This document shows, piece after piece, positions 48,258 through 59,116 of a stretch of 64,000 nt of DNA. A program made the translations under genes and the position numbers. This DNA is from Promethearchaeota archaeon (GTDB lineage Archaea; Asgardarchaeota; Lokiarchaeia; Sigyniarchaeales; SOKP01), in the NCBI GenBank assembly GCA_019058295.1, contig JAHPZI010000021.1, positions 192,001 through 256,000 of the forward strand, given 5' to 3'. The first letter of the stretch is position 1. Every line of letters begins with the position of its first letter. Under the pieces are notes generated by a model. The model was not told the origin of the DNA, did not search any database, and saw only the letters and a program-made list of their open reading frames with translations.

Positions 48258-49685
48258 TTAATTGAATTTTGGCTTTTTCGCTTGCCAAGGAGCAATTTCT
48301 TCAAATGCTTTTGAAACTTGTAGAACTGTTTTATCATCAAACATTTTACCAATAATTTGCATTCCTAAAGGTAATCCTTCTTTTGACCATCCGCATGGAA
48401 CGGAAGCTGCTGGATGACCCGTTAGGTTTATCGGAAAGGTAAAAGCTTGCCATGCTGTTGGGGAAACATTTTTATCTTGAATCTTTGAAGGAAATGATAT
48501 TCCTAAATCAAAAGCGGGAACTGCGGTAGTTGGTGTAATTAATATATCATATTCCTTAAAAATCTTATAAAAGCTTTCATAGATAGTTTTTCTTACATCC
48601 ATTGCTTTAATTATTGAAAATCCATCATAATTCAAACCTCCCTCAATCATCTTTATGAGGTCAGGATCCATTTGATCACGCCACTTGTCTAACTTAGGTT
48701 TCATGCTATAAGCAATTTCTGAAGTCCAAATTGTATAAAAAGGAAGCTCTGGTTTTTTTATTCTCATTTTCACTTTTTCTGGGATCCAACCGATTTCATT
48801 GAACTTTTCAATTGAATTTAATACAGCCTCCTCAACTTCAGAATCAACTGCTTTTGCATATCCCATATCTAATGAATAGGCAATCTTTAATTTTGCAGGT
48901 TTCTTATCAACAGTTTCATAGTAGCTAATATTATCTTCAGGAAGAGAATATTGGTATCCTTCGAATGGTCCCTTCATTACATCTAACATAAGGGCAGCAT
49001 CTTTTACATATCGAGTAATTGGGCCAGCCACGGATAATGTATGGGCGAATATGTATTCCTTAGGATAAATAGGAACTCTACCAAAGGTTGGTTTAATCCC
49101 AAACACACCATTTAAGCTTGCAGGAATCCTGATAGACCCTCCACCATCAGAACCTTGAGCTAAGGGACACAATCCAGAGGCAACAGCAGCTCCAGCTCCT
49201 CCACTTGAACCTCCACAAGTTTTTTTTAAATTCCAAGGATTTTTTGTACTCCCAAATATCGCATTATCAGTAGCCCCTTTAAATCCAAATTCAGGTGTAT
49301 TGGTTTTTCCTAGAATCACACATCCAGCATCTTTTAATCTACTCACATAAATGCTATCTTCAGTTGGTATAAAATTTTCATAAATTTTTGAACCAAAAGT
49401 GGTTCTTATCCCCTTTGTTAAAGTGAGATCTTTTAAAGATGTAGGAATTCCTTCTAATAATCCTATATTTTCTCCTTTCTTTATGGTTTCTTCGGAGTTC
49501 TTTGCCATTTCTCTTGCTAATTCAAAAGTAGGAGTACAATAGGCATTGATTATTGGATTGATCTTCTCGATTCTCTCTATAAAGATTTCAATGAGATCCC
49601 CAATGGAGATTTCTTCTGTTTTGATTTTCTCTTTCAATTCAAAAGCAGAAATAAAACAAATATCTTCTTTACTCATTTTTATCAC
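48258..49685 (-). CDS. Amidase-signature family amidase (copy 2)
   Basis: SLKD, GGSSGG and [11 protein letters not shown]. Confidence 0.93.
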   Translation of the reverse strand: MIKMSKEDICFISAFELKEKIKTEEISIGDLIEIFIERIEKINPIINAYCTPTFELAREMAKNSEETIKKGENIGLLEGIPTSLKDLTLTKGIRTTFGSKIYENFIPTEDSIYVSRLKDAGCVILGKTNTPEFGFKGATDNAIFGSTKNPWNLKKTCGGSSGGAGAAVASGLCPLAQGSDGGGSIRIPASLNGVFGIKPTFGRVPIYPKEYIFAHTLSVAGPITRYVKDAALMLDVMKGPFEGYQYSLPEDNISYYETVDKKPAKLKIAYSLDMGYAKAVDSEVEEAVLNSIEKFNEIGWIPEKVKMRIKKPELPFYTIWTSEIAYSMKPKLDKWRDQMDPDLIKMIEGGLNYDGFSIIKAMDVRKTIYESFYKIFKEYDILITPTTAVPAFDLGISFPSKIQDKNVSPTAWQAFTFPINLTGHPAASVPCGWSKEGLPLGMQIIGKMFDDKTVLQVSKAFEEIAPWQAKKPKFN

Positions 49686-49715
49686 TCATTATTTTATCAC
49701 TTAAATATTCTATTT

Positions 49716-51143
49716 TTAATTAAATTGGGGTTTTTTATCTTGCCATGGAGCAATCTCTTCAAAAGCCTGCGAAACTTGAAGCACTGTTTTTTCATCATAT
49801 CGCTTCCCTACGATTTGCATTCCTATTGGTAGCCCCTCACTGGACCATCCACATGGAATAGAAGCTACTGGATGCCAAGTCAAATTAAAAATGTATGTAA
49901 ATGGCGTCCATCCTATGGGTGAAACTGGACGACCGGCAATTTTCGTAGGATTCATCCTTCCTAATTCAAATGCGGGGACAGCAGTTGTAGGAGTAATCAA
50001 AATGTCATATTCCTTAAAATAGAGATCAAATTTTTCGTCCAGTTTCCTTCTGGCAAATTCTGCTTGCTTGATATCAAAAATACTTATATTTACACCCCCA
50101 TCAATCATTTTAACCAAAGTAGGATCTAATTTATATCTCCATTCTTCTATAAGGTCTTTAAAATCATATGATATTCCCGCACCAGCAATAACTAAATATG
50201 TAGCATATAACTTTCTCATTTTCGAAAATTTGACGTGTTCTACATTCCAGTCTAAAGACTCAAACTTTTGAACAGAATCCATTACTGCTTTTTCAACATC
50301 TCGATCTATAGCTCTTACGTATCCAAGATCCAATGAATACCCTATTTTTAACTTACTTGGTTTATCTTTAAGAGCATTTAGATAATTAATCTTAGTTGAA
50401 ATTAATGAAAATTTATCCATAGGGTGTGGACCAGCCATTGCGTCCATCATTAATGCGGCATCTTTAACATATCTTACGATTGGTCCATAATGGGACAAAG
50501 TAGACAAACCCATTTTTTGATAAATTCTTGGAATTCTGCTATAATAGGGTTTCAATCCATATACCCCACACAAACAGCTAGGAATCCTAATAGATCCTCC
50601 TCCATCAGAACCTAGAGTTAAAGGCCCCAATCCAGCGGCAACTGCTGCTGCGGATCCTCCGCTTGATCCTCCTGTCGTTCTCTCGTGATTCCATGGATTT
50701 TTTGATTCTCCAAAAATAAGATTATCAGTAACACCTTTATGACCAATGCTTGGTGTGTTTGTTTTCCCTAACATAACAATTCCTTCATTAAGCAAGCGAT
50801 CTACTGCGATAGCATTTTTATCAGGAACATAATTTTCATAAATTACACAGCCATATGTCGTCCTTATACCTTTTGTATCTATTAAATCCTTTATAGAAGT
50901 GGGAATACCGTGTAATAGACCTAGTTTTTCTCCTTTTTTCACAGCATCATCTGCTTTTTTAGCCATATCTCTTGCTAGATCAAGAGTGGGTGTACAGTAC
51001 GCATTAATAAGAGGATTTAATTTTTCAATTCTTTCGATTATAGTTTCAGTTATTTCTAAAGAAGTTAATTCTTGCTTTTTTATTGCGTCAGCCATATCGC
51101 AAGCAGACATAAAGCAAATATCTTCTTTACTCACTTTTATCAC
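49716..51143 (-). CDS. Amidase-signature family amidase (copy 1)
   Basis: SIKD, GGSSGG and [11 protein letters not shown]. Confidence 0.93.
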   Translation of the reverse strand: MIKVSKEDICFMSACDMADAIKKQELTSLEITETIIERIEKLNPLINAYCTPTLDLARDMAKKADDAVKKGEKLGLLHGIPTSIKDLIDTKGIRTTYGCVIYENYVPDKNAIAVDRLLNEGIVMLGKTNTPSIGHKGVTDNLIFGESKNPWNHERTTGGSSGGSAAAVAAGLGPLTLGSDGGGSIRIPSCLCGVYGLKPYYSRIPRIYQKMGLSTLSHYGPIVRYVKDAALMMDAMAGPHPMDKFSLISTKINYLNALKDKPSKLKIGYSLDLGYVRAIDRDVEKAVMDSVQKFESLDWNVEHVKFSKMRKLYATYLVIAGAGISYDFKDLIEEWRYKLDPTLVKMIDGGVNISIFDIKQAEFARRKLDEKFDLYFKEYDILITPTTAVPAFELGRMNPTKIAGRPVSPIGWTPFTYIFNLTWHPVASIPCGWSSEGLPIGMQIVGKRYDEKTVLQVSQAFEEIAPWQDKKPQFN

Positions 51144-51286
51144 TCATTTTAATTAATATAGTTAAAATTAATTATGATGCTATTTAATATAAATAATAGC
51201 CTTATTGGAATAATTTTAATAAAAAAATAGTATTACATAAAATTGAAGTACAAAATAAACTATAATAATAACACCTTGATGGCAAA

Positions 51287-51967
51287 TTGAAATTTAAGAA
51301 AATTCTGTTAGTATCGCTTGTCTTTATTTCATTAATTAACGGCATTTTATGGATGTCCGTCGATGTAGGAGCCGTAACTTACGAGTTTGAGCTTGACGAG
51401 GATGACTCGTTTACGTGGGAAGTAACCGAAGTAAATCCACACCAATTTGAAAAAGTATTTGGATTTGAACCTAATTTTGAAAAGAATGATGAAAATAAAT
51501 ACACTATACAAAGAATCGATGATACTGCAGATGGATGGTCCCTTACAATAGAGTTCTGGGATTTCAAAATTGATAAAGATGATAATGGGACAATAATATA
51601 TGAGAATGTTCCCGATAGTCCTGGAGATTATGATGAAAATATTTTTATTCCGACGCCTGTTAATGACTTCCTAGCTGCTGCTGGTGATAGTTTATCTACA
51701 AAATATTCAGTGGATGGTGCTACTGTTGAGCGCACAGAAACAGATTATACTATGACTAAAGAATATGATCAAAGAGGGGTATTAATTTCAGAAGAATACG
51801 TCGATGATGATGGAATAGTCCTTGTTAGAGTAGAAGGATTATTTCGCGTAATACCATCAGGAAATATTGAAGTGGTTTTAGGTTTTATTGCTTTAGCAAT
51901 CACAGGCATCATTATTGTTTTGATAAAAAAGAACAAACTCCTTATTAAAAATTCTTCTATTTCTTAA
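51287..51967 (+). CDS. Acidic exported protein with signal peptide and C-terminal TM anchor
   Basis: MKFKKILLV signal; IPSGN-hydrophobic-KKNK tail. Confidence 0.7.
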   Translation: MKFKKILLVSLVFISLINGILWMSVDVGAVTYEFELDEDDSFTWEVTEVNPHQFEKVFGFEPNFEKNDENKYTIQRIDDTADGWSLTIEFWDFKIDKDDNGTIIYENVPDSPGDYDENIFIPTPVNDFLAAAGDSLSTKYSVDGATVERTETDYTMTKEYDQRGVLISEEYVDDDGIVLVRVEGLFRVIPSGNIEVVLGFIALAITGIIIVLIKKNKLLIKNSSIS

Positions 51968-52007
51968 GGTTAAATTTTATTTTAGTATATTTATTTAAGG
52001 CATAAAA

Positions 52008-53711
52008 ATGAAAGAATATAGACTTAAAAAATTAAATAAATTTTCAGGACGGGAAGGTCCCCTCATTTTTATCATCATGGATGGAGTCGGTCTTGGTAAA
52101 AAAGACAATAATAATGCTTTTTTCTTAGCTAAAACTCCTTATCTAGATAAATTACAAACTGAATGGCCTAAAAAGAAGTTATACACAGAATTAAAAGCGC
52201 ACGGTACGGCGGTAGGTTTACCTACTGATAATGAAATGGGTAACTCCGAAGTTGGTCATAACGCATTTGGGGCGGGAAGTGTTCCAAAGCAAAGAGCCAC
52301 CTTAGCAAAAGAAGCTATAGAAACGAAATCATTGTTTTTAGATCAAAAATGGATTGATTTTTCAAATGATATTAAAAATAATAATAAAAAGCTTCATTTT
52401 ATTGGGTTATTATCTGATGGGTATGTTCATAGTCATATTTCTCATTTAATTGGATTATTATATGGTTCAAGGGATTCAGGAATTAAAAAAGTACGGCTTC
52501 ATCCATTATTAGATGGAAGAGATGTACCTCCTCAATCTTCTCTAGAATATATCGACAAAATAGAAAAAGAGATGAATAAGATAAATAGCGAGAGAGATTT
52601 CGATTATTGTATTGCTTCAGGGGGCGGTCGAATGCATGTAACTATGGATAGGTACAATTCGGATTGGGAGGTCGTCAGAAGAGGTTGGGATGCGCATGTT
52701 TGTGGAATTCCAGATGAATTCCCGAGTTATGAAGGTTATTTTAGATCCGCAGAAGAGGCGATTAAAAAAGCGAGAGAAATCGATCCTGATATTAGCGATC
52801 AGTACTTACCTTCTTTTGTCGTTGTAGATGAAAATAATATCCCTGTTGGAAAGATGGAAGAGGGCGATGGCGTAATTTATTTTAACTTTAGAGGGGATAG
52901 AGCCATCCAAATTTCAAGGGCTTTTGATGAAGATGACTTTAATGAATTCGAAAGAAAATGCTATCCTAAAGTTAATTATTATGGTTTAATGGAGTATGAT
53001 GAGCAATTGGGCATTCCTAAGAAGTTTTTTATTGATCCTCCTAAAATTGAAACTACAATTGTCGATTATATGGACGATAATAATATAAGTCAATTTGCGA
53101 TTTCTGAAACACATAAAATAGGGCATTTGACATATTTTTGGTGCGGAAACCGAGATTTAAAAGTCTCTACTGAAAATTTTATTGATGGTGAATACGAAAT
53201 AAACCTCTCTAAGTCAAGCTTAAATGAAACATACTTTGAAGTTGTTTCAGAACCATCCGAGTTAATAAAAGAGCATCCTAAAATGCGAGCTTATAAGATT
53301 AGAGATGAATTAATTAAAGCACTAAACTCCAAAAAATACAAATTCCTACGAGTAAACTTTGCGAATGGAGATATGGTCGGGCACACGGGAAGTTTAAGCG
53401 CTGCTATAATTGCAGCAGAGACGGTTGATGAATGTGTTAAAGAAATTGTGGAAACTGTAAATAATCTCAATGGAATTACAATAATTACAGCAGATCATGG
53501 AAATCTTGAGTACATGGCAGGAAATTTTGAAACTGCCCACACCTTAAACCCTGTCATGTTCGCTATTGTAGATTCTGGTTATAATAACGAGTATATGATT
53601 AATAATGAGATAAGAGAACCTGCTTTAGGGAATGTGGCTGCCACAATCCTTAATTTATTAGGTTATGAGAAACCAGATACTTTCTTGGATTCTTTAATAA
53701 AATTTATATGA
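52008..53711 (+). CDS. gpmI: 2,3-BPG-independent phosphoglycerate mutase
   Basis: MDGVG, MGNSEVGH, LDGRD, NFRGDR, NGDMVGHTG and TADHGN. Confidence 0.93.
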   Translation: MKEYRLKKLNKFSGREGPLIFIIMDGVGLGKKDNNNAFFLAKTPYLDKLQTEWPKKKLYTELKAHGTAVGLPTDNEMGNSEVGHNAFGAGSVPKQRATLAKEAIETKSLFLDQKWIDFSNDIKNNNKKLHFIGLLSDGYVHSHISHLIGLLYGSRDSGIKKVRLHPLLDGRDVPPQSSLEYIDKIEKEMNKINSERDFDYCIASGGGRMHVTMDRYNSDWEVVRRGWDAHVCGIPDEFPSYEGYFRSAEEAIKKAREIDPDISDQYLPSFVVVDENNIPVGKMEEGDGVIYFNFRGDRAIQISRAFDEDDFNEFERKCYPKVNYYGLMEYDEQLGIPKKFFIDPPKIETTIVDYMDDNNISQFAISETHKIGHLTYFWCGNRDLKVSTENFIDGEYEINLSKSSLNETYFEVVSEPSELIKEHPKMRAYKIRDELIKALNSKKYKFLRVNFANGDMVGHTGSLSAAIIAAETVDECVKEIVETVNNLNGITIITADHGNLEYMAGNFETAHTLNPVMFAIVDSGYNNEYMINNEIREPALGNVAATILNLLGYEKPDTFLDSLIKFI

Positions 53712-53770
53712 ATTTTTTTATGTATGAAAATAAAATTATTTTGAAATTGGATATTAAACCTTTATCAAAT

Positions 53771-54178
53771 TCAAAATTTAAAATCTTTTTGCCAACTCTT
53801 ATATCCAATTTTCCAAAGTTTTAATCTCGCTTTATTCACTAAATTATCAACTTCAATAGCGGGTTTGGGATTATCCATCACTTTACGATAGCGAGTGTAA
53901 TATTCTTCTGCGCTTGGATTCCCGTGAATCATACTTAAAATTGCTTTTTCGGTGAAATATAGTATTAAATCTGGTACTATATCTGGCTTTTTTTTTGTTA
54001 TTTCTAATGTATTTTCCTCTTTTTTATATAAATAGTAAATCAATTTGACATTATCATTATTGATGGAATTTTCAAAGATTTGATATTCCCAACAAGCATT
54101 AACATGAAGATGTCTCATTAAATCAAGGGTATTTGGAAAATATTTTTTTAATTCAATATATAATTCCTTGGAATCCAT
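53771..54178 (-). CDS. Hypothetical protein, SCP2-like, distant paralog of 55748..56227
   Basis: PDLILYFTEKAILSM...EYY...LWKIGYKSW. Confidence 0.5.
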   Translation of the reverse strand: MDSKELYIELKKYFPNTLDLMRHLHVNACWEYQIFENSINNDNVKLIYYLYKKEENTLEITKKKPDIVPDLILYFTEKAILSMIHGNPSAEEYYTRYRKVMDNPKPAIEVDNLVNKARLKLWKIGYKSWQKDFKF

Positions 54179-54197
54179 TGGAATCCAACTCTATTTA

Positions 54198-55691
54198 TTA
54201 CTTTATTTTATCAATATTTAATGGGGTTCCATCATAAATATATTTTCCAAAAACTAATTCTTGCGGATAATATTTACATCCTGGAGGATATGCGGAATCC
54301 TTAATTCCCCCTAAGGATACAGTAATATCAACCAGCATAGGTCTGGCATTAATATAAATATTCGCTGCCTCCAATTTATTTTTGAAAATCTCAATATTGC
54401 CCAAATTCGAAGTATACACAACTGCTCGCATACCATAATTACTAGCATTAGCTAATTTTATGGCATCTTTCATATCATTAGCTTTAGTTACGGATCGGAC
54501 GGGGCCAAATGCTTCTTCTCGCCATAAAAATGGCGCTTTTGTTAAATCTTCGCAAAGTTCAGGCTTTATCTCTACTAATGTAGGTTTATAGAATAATCCA
54601 TAATCCGCCCCGGTATCGATTTTTTCTGCTCCTGTGTAAATTTTTGCTCCAAATTTTTTAGCATCTTCGACCATTACTTCCATCATCATTAGTATTTTTC
54701 TACTTCCTAATGGCCCAATATCTACATCTGGATCCGTCGGATCTCCATATTTTAATTTCTCCATTTCTTTTATTACTAATTCAATATATTCATCATAAAT
54801 ATCTTTATGAACAATTATTCGTTTCATTGAAAAGCATTGCTGTCCTGAATTAGTAAAACTAGCCATTACATTCCATTTTGCTACTTGCTCCAAATTCACA
54901 TCATTCATAACTATACCAGCATCATTTCCAGCACATTCAAAAAAGAATTGTTTAAATGGAGTAGTATACATGGTAACGCCCATGGATCTATCAACGCCTT
55001 TCTTTAATACTTTCGCATAACGAACTAATATATCCTTTGCTGTATGCGATGCTGTAATCGTCATTATTGTTTTGACTAAGGGAGAGCTGAGAAACTCATC
55101 CACTGCCCATTCTCCAGGAGCTATAACTAGACCTAAAGCATCAAGACCGGGTAGATCTATATCTTCCATCATAGCATAAGCTTCTAACATGGTTAACGGA
55201 CAAGCCGTAGATGGTTTAACAATGGCACCATTCCCAACTAAATAATTAGCGCCTAATTGATAAAGAGGGAGACTAATAGGTGTATTACGAGGAGAAATAC
55301 ATGCTGCCAACCCATGAGGTATATATCTAATCCTAACGTTTTGCTCTCCTTCTATACTGGTTAATGTTTTCTCTTCTAAAAATTGATAATACCAATCGCA
55401 AAACTTAAATCCAGTTAAAACAATAGACAGCTCCCATTCAGAATATTTAACTGGAAGCCCTCCTTCTGCAACAATTAAATCTTTCAATTTTTGCTTATTA
55501 AATCTTAATTTGCTTGAATATCTTGATAAGAGATTTGCTCGTTCGAAAAAGTCCATCTCTGTTAATAAATGTTGGTGTTCATGTACACGCTTTATCTTTT
55601 CCCTAACTGTTTCGACTGTGTCTGCAGGGATAGTGTCAATAATTTCGCCTGTATACTTGTTTTTAATCTCTAACTCTTTTACTTTTGACAT
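54198..55691 (-). CDS. Aldehyde dehydrogenase family protein
   Basis: SPRNTP, VKPS, ECAGND, NSGQQC and EEAFGP. Confidence 0.92.
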   Translation of the reverse strand: MSKVKELEIKNKYTGEIIDTIPADTVETVREKIKRVHEHQHLLTEMDFFERANLLSRYSSKLRFNKQKLKDLIVAEGGLPVKYSEWELSIVLTGFKFCDWYYQFLEEKTLTSIEGEQNVRIRYIPHGLAACISPRNTPISLPLYQLGANYLVGNGAIVKPSTACPLTMLEAYAMMEDIDLPGLDALGLVIAPGEWAVDEFLSSPLVKTIMTITASHTAKDILVRYAKVLKKGVDRSMGVTMYTTPFKQFFFECAGNDAGIVMNDVNLEQVAKWNVMASFTNSGQQCFSMKRIIVHKDIYDEYIELVIKEMEKLKYGDPTDPDVDIGPLGSRKILMMMEVMVEDAKKFGAKIYTGAEKIDTGADYGLFYKPTLVEIKPELCEDLTKAPFLWREEAFGPVRSVTKANDMKDAIKLANASNYGMRAVVYTSNLGNIEIFKNKLEAANIYINARPMLVDITVSLGGIKDSAYPPGCKYYPQELVFGKYIYDGTPLNIDKIK

Positions 55692-55747
55692 ATGTCTTAT
55701 CTTCCAATATATTTTTTTTAATATTAGTTTATTTTAAAAAAATGAGT

Positions 55748-56227
55748 TTAAAGCTTGTATACTTCATCTTCATCTTCAAGTATACCAGCTGTCTTTGCAA
55801 ACTTTCCATAACCCATATCTATTAAAGTTTGCGTCCTTTTATACAAAGTAAAATCAATCCATTCTTTCTCTTCATCCGGATCATTATAATACGAACCAAG
55901 TAGCTGTGCGTACTCCACTTTCGTATCTGTTTGAACTAGTTTTTTAACGGCAGCAATCGAGAGCGCTAGTTCCAAATCAGATTCATTCGCCCTTCCTGAT
56001 TTTATTTCAATTCCATTTTCATTGCGAAGCACATTAAATGTATCCGCAGGAGACTTATCAAAATAATCCTTAATTGAATTATAGAGGCAAAAATCGAATA
56101 TCGATCCATCATCTAAATCAGAAAAAATCTCAGGATATTTTGTGAGAAAGATAGTATAATTTTTTGCTATTTCAGTTCTAAATTCTTGAATATCAATAAC
56201 TTGCCCTGTTAATTCTTCTTCTAACAT
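55748..56227 (-). CDS. Hypothetical protein, SCP2-like
   Basis: GIEIKSGRANESDLELALS..AVKKL...EYA...LIDMGYGKF. Confidence 0.5.
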   Translation of the reverse strand: MLEEELTGQVIDIQEFRTEIAKNYTIFLTKYPEIFSDLDDGSIFDFCLYNSIKDYFDKSPADTFNVLRNENGIEIKSGRANESDLELALSIAAVKKLVQTDTKVEYAQLLGSYYNDPDEEKEWIDFTLYKRTQTLIDMGYGKFAKTAGILEDEDEVYKL

Positions 56228-56244
56228 TTTTTAACATCTTATTC

Positions 56245-57258
56245 CTATTTTTTTTTGCTTTTTTCATTAGTTTTAATAAAGTTCTGATACCAAGCTACAG
56301 TTTTTTCTAGTCCCTCTCTTAATGGAGTAATTTTATAGCCTAGTTTTTCAATAGCTTTTTTTGATGAAAATGCCCAATTATATTTTAAAACATCAATAAC
56401 TTCTCGAGTAATATATGGTTCTTTTTTACTAATCTTTGATTTCATTTGACAAATTCGAGCATAAGAATAACCACCCCACATTGGGAAACGTCTAGGCTTT
56501 TTTACATCTGCAATTTCTGCTACTAAATCGAGATAATCTCCAAAGGGCAGATTTTCTCCTCCAAGAATAAAATCTTCACCATTTAAATCATTTTTTTCGA
56601 TGACACTTACCATTCCTTCAACAACATCATATAAATACGACATACAGCCAATTGAATCTCCTTTCCCCGCTAATCCTAAAAATTTTCCTCTAACAATGTC
56701 ATAAAGCATTTCACCGAAAATATTCCAATCGCCAGGACCATAAATGATTCCAGGATAAAATACTATCGTTTTAAGTCCTTTGTTAATAAATTCTTTAATT
56801 TTTTTAAGACCAAAATGCTTGCTTCTTTCATATTCCAAACAAAAAATTCCCTGATGTTCAAAAGTTTCATCAACAGGATTACCTGTTCCATCATTATTGG
56901 GGCCTAGAGCTGCAAATGAGCTTATATAAACAAGCCTTTTATTCTTTTCTAAAGCTACATTTGCTATATTTTCGGTTCCTTTAACATTTGTATTTTCCCA
57001 TAATGCTTTATCTTTAGCCCATTTCCGTGTATAGGCAGCAAGATGGTAAATTATATCGACATTTTCTGCAGCTTTATATAAACTTTCAATATCTCGAATA
57101 TCTCCAATAATATACTCAATCCTTTCTAAATCTTCAAAAGGAGTTAAGTTGCTAGTTTCTCTTATTAAAAGCTTTAAATTATGTCCCAATGTCTGTAATC
57201 GCTTTACTAATGGAACGCCCAAATAGCCCGTTCCACCTGTTATTAAAATAGTAACCAT
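56245..57258 (-). CDS. Extended SDR NAD-dependent epimerase/dehydrogenase (3-beta-HSD/HpnA-like)
   Basis: TGGTGYLG, YHLAA, YERSK and IYGPGD. Confidence 0.88.
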   Translation of the reverse strand: MVTILITGGTGYLGVPLVKRLQTLGHNLKLLIRETSNLTPFEDLERIEYIIGDIRDIESLYKAAENVDIIYHLAAYTRKWAKDKALWENTNVKGTENIANVALEKNKRLVYISSFAALGPNNDGTGNPVDETFEHQGIFCLEYERSKHFGLKKIKEFINKGLKTIVFYPGIIYGPGDWNIFGEMLYDIVRGKFLGLAGKGDSIGCMSYLYDVVEGMVSVIEKNDLNGEDFILGGENLPFGDYLDLVAEIADVKKPRRFPMWGGYSYARICQMKSKISKKEPYITREVIDVLKYNWAFSSKKAIEKLGYKITPLREGLEKTVAWYQNFIKTNEKSKKK

Positions 57259-57599
57259 GTCATGACCTTATTAAACTATTTACACAAAGATAAGTTTTGA
57301 TTTAATAAGATTTTATTAATTTTTTAATAATAAAAAAGTTGTCATATTTTTCCAAATATTTCATGTTTTTTCAATTTGTTTTCTGCTTATATATTGAAAA
57401 ATCTTGGAAAAAAAAATTAGAAATAATAACTAGATATGATTCTTAGCTCTTTTAATCTCAAAATTATTATTAATTTAGTATCAATAGATATTTTGAAAAT
57501 TAAAAATTTTTTAAATTTTAAGGAATATATTTTTAAGGAGAATCTTACTAATTACTTTTATCAATTTTTTTAAAAAAAAAGTTTTGAGGGAAAAAAAAT

Positions 57600-57797
57600 A
57601 TGCCGTATAGCCCACCTACAAAAATGACCATAATTATCTCCCTTATTATCTTAATAATAGGTTTTATATTAGGAATAGTTGGTCTTTATGTACCTGCCGT
57701 AAAAGACTGGTCTGAAATACTAATTCTTATCGGTCTTATTCTGTGTTGTATAGCTTGGGTTCTTATGTTTTTAGGAGTAATGATTCGCGGAATTTAG
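57600..57797 (+). CDS. Small 2-TM membrane protein
   Basis: 65 aa, two hydrophobic helices, GAGGG upstream. Confidence 0.65.
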   Translation: MPYSPPTKMTIIISLIILIIGFILGIVGLYVPAVKDWSEILILIGLILCCIAWVLMFLGVMIRGI

Positions 57798-57932
57798 CTT
57801 CAAGACATTCATATAAGTGAAAAAATAAATTCCTATTTTTTTTTTTCTTATTTATTAGAAGTAATAATTTATTATAGAATATTTAACAATGATATAATTA
57901 TCTAATAAAAATTTTTTAGCGGTAATAAAAAG

Positions 57933-58472
57933 ATGAGTGAATCATTAGCTGACAAGTTTTCTAGTATTAAATTTAAAGAAGAATCTAAAAGTCTCAGAAA
58001 AAAAATATCAATTGGAATCTTAATTGTATTGATTTTAGGATATATCTTTGTAGGATTGTTTAATTTTGTTGTAGTTTGGTCTGCCTCAGGAATAAGAGTA
58101 CGAACTAAAAACTTCGATAGAGCCTCTGTTGATAATACAACTATTGGTATTAAAGGAGATATTATGATTAAAAATGACCATTGGTACTCTGTTGATATAG
58201 ATGATTTAATTATTGAAATGGGAATATATACTGAAGATGGAGATAAAATTAAGGAGAAAAGAAAAGAAGTAAATAAAATTCCAAGACTTAAGAATGAATT
58301 AATTGAACTTGATTTTACTTTCGCACTTTCAGATATAGACTACGATGATATTATGGCATATTACTCGTTGCTCAATACAGATAAGTTAGTTATAGAATTT
58401 AGTGTTTCTGTTAGGTATACGATGTATATAATAAAATTTGAAATAGAAACTGAAGCTGAACTGGAGGGATAG
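57933..58472 (+). CDS. Membrane-anchored beta-rich protein (LEA_2/WHy-like)
   Basis: N-terminal TM; IMIKN.....IDDL...IY pattern. Confidence 0.55.
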   Translation: MSESLADKFSSIKFKEESKSLRKKISIGILIVLILGYIFVGLFNFVVVWSASGIRVRTKNFDRASVDNTTIGIKGDIMIKNDHWYSVDIDDLIIEMGIYTEDGDKIKEKRKEVNKIPRLKNELIELDFTFALSDIDYDDIMAYYSLLNTDKLVIEFSVSVRYTMYIIKFEIETEAELEG

Positions 58473-58482
58473 GGGTGATAAA

Positions 58483-58959
58483 ATGTCAAGATGGATAAAT
58501 TGGGTTACTTTTTTTAGGAACTTAATCTTATCAATTATTTTCGGATTTGTAGTACCATATTATTTAGTAATTAATCTTGATCCTAATGGGATTTTATTTA
58601 ATGTAGATGCCCTAATAATTAATGGCTGGATTTTCCTCTTAATGTATAGCTTTTATGGTTTTTTCAAGAAAGAAACGGTCATTAGATTCTTTATCGGTTG
58701 TGGATGGATTGCTACATTGGTTTATTTCTATACAGTAGGTTCTAATGTTTATACCTCTTATTTGCCTAATTGTGGCTTTGGTTTATTCTGTGTTGATGGC
58801 GAATTGAATAACGTCAAAATAGCATTTCAATTTAGTTATGCGTGGTTGATTATTATCTTCCTAAGCTTGAAGGGTTTGAACCTATTTAGGCATTTAGTAA
58901 AACCAATGGAAGAAAAAAAATACGACTATCTGCAATTTTCAAAATATCTCGGAGAATAA
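58483..58959 (+). CDS. Hypothetical membrane protein
   Basis: About 4 TM segments; GGGGTGA ribosome-binding site. Confidence 0.65.
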   Translation: MSRWINWVTFFRNLILSIIFGFVVPYYLVINLDPNGILFNVDALIINGWIFLLMYSFYGFFKKETVIRFFIGCGWIATLVYFYTVGSNVYTSYLPNCGFGLFCVDGELNNVKIAFQFSYAWLIIIFLSLKGLNLFRHLVKPMEEKKYDYLQFSKYLGE

Positions 58960-59116
58960 TTAAATAACTTCTTTTTTTTTTTTTCGACATTTTAAAATTA
59001 TCCATTAGATTTATATATAAAATTCTTGACAGAGAGGGGCGATTTTACAGTCTAAATAGAATATCTTTAATAGTGTAAAAAAATAGTTTAAAAAAAAAAA
59101 GAATTTAAAAATTTTA

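Noticed and set aside
46745-51143. Amidases as GatA of the Glu-tRNA(Gln) amidotransferase
   Set aside because: Three divergent tandem copies with no gatB/gatC nearby fit general amidases better.
57345-57415. Imperfect inverted repeat (TTTTCCAA...TTGGAAAA, TTTTCAAT...ATTGAAAA) as a MITE or regulatory hairpin
   Set aside because: Composed mostly of A/T runs in a very AT-rich spacer, with no target-site duplication or second copy seen.
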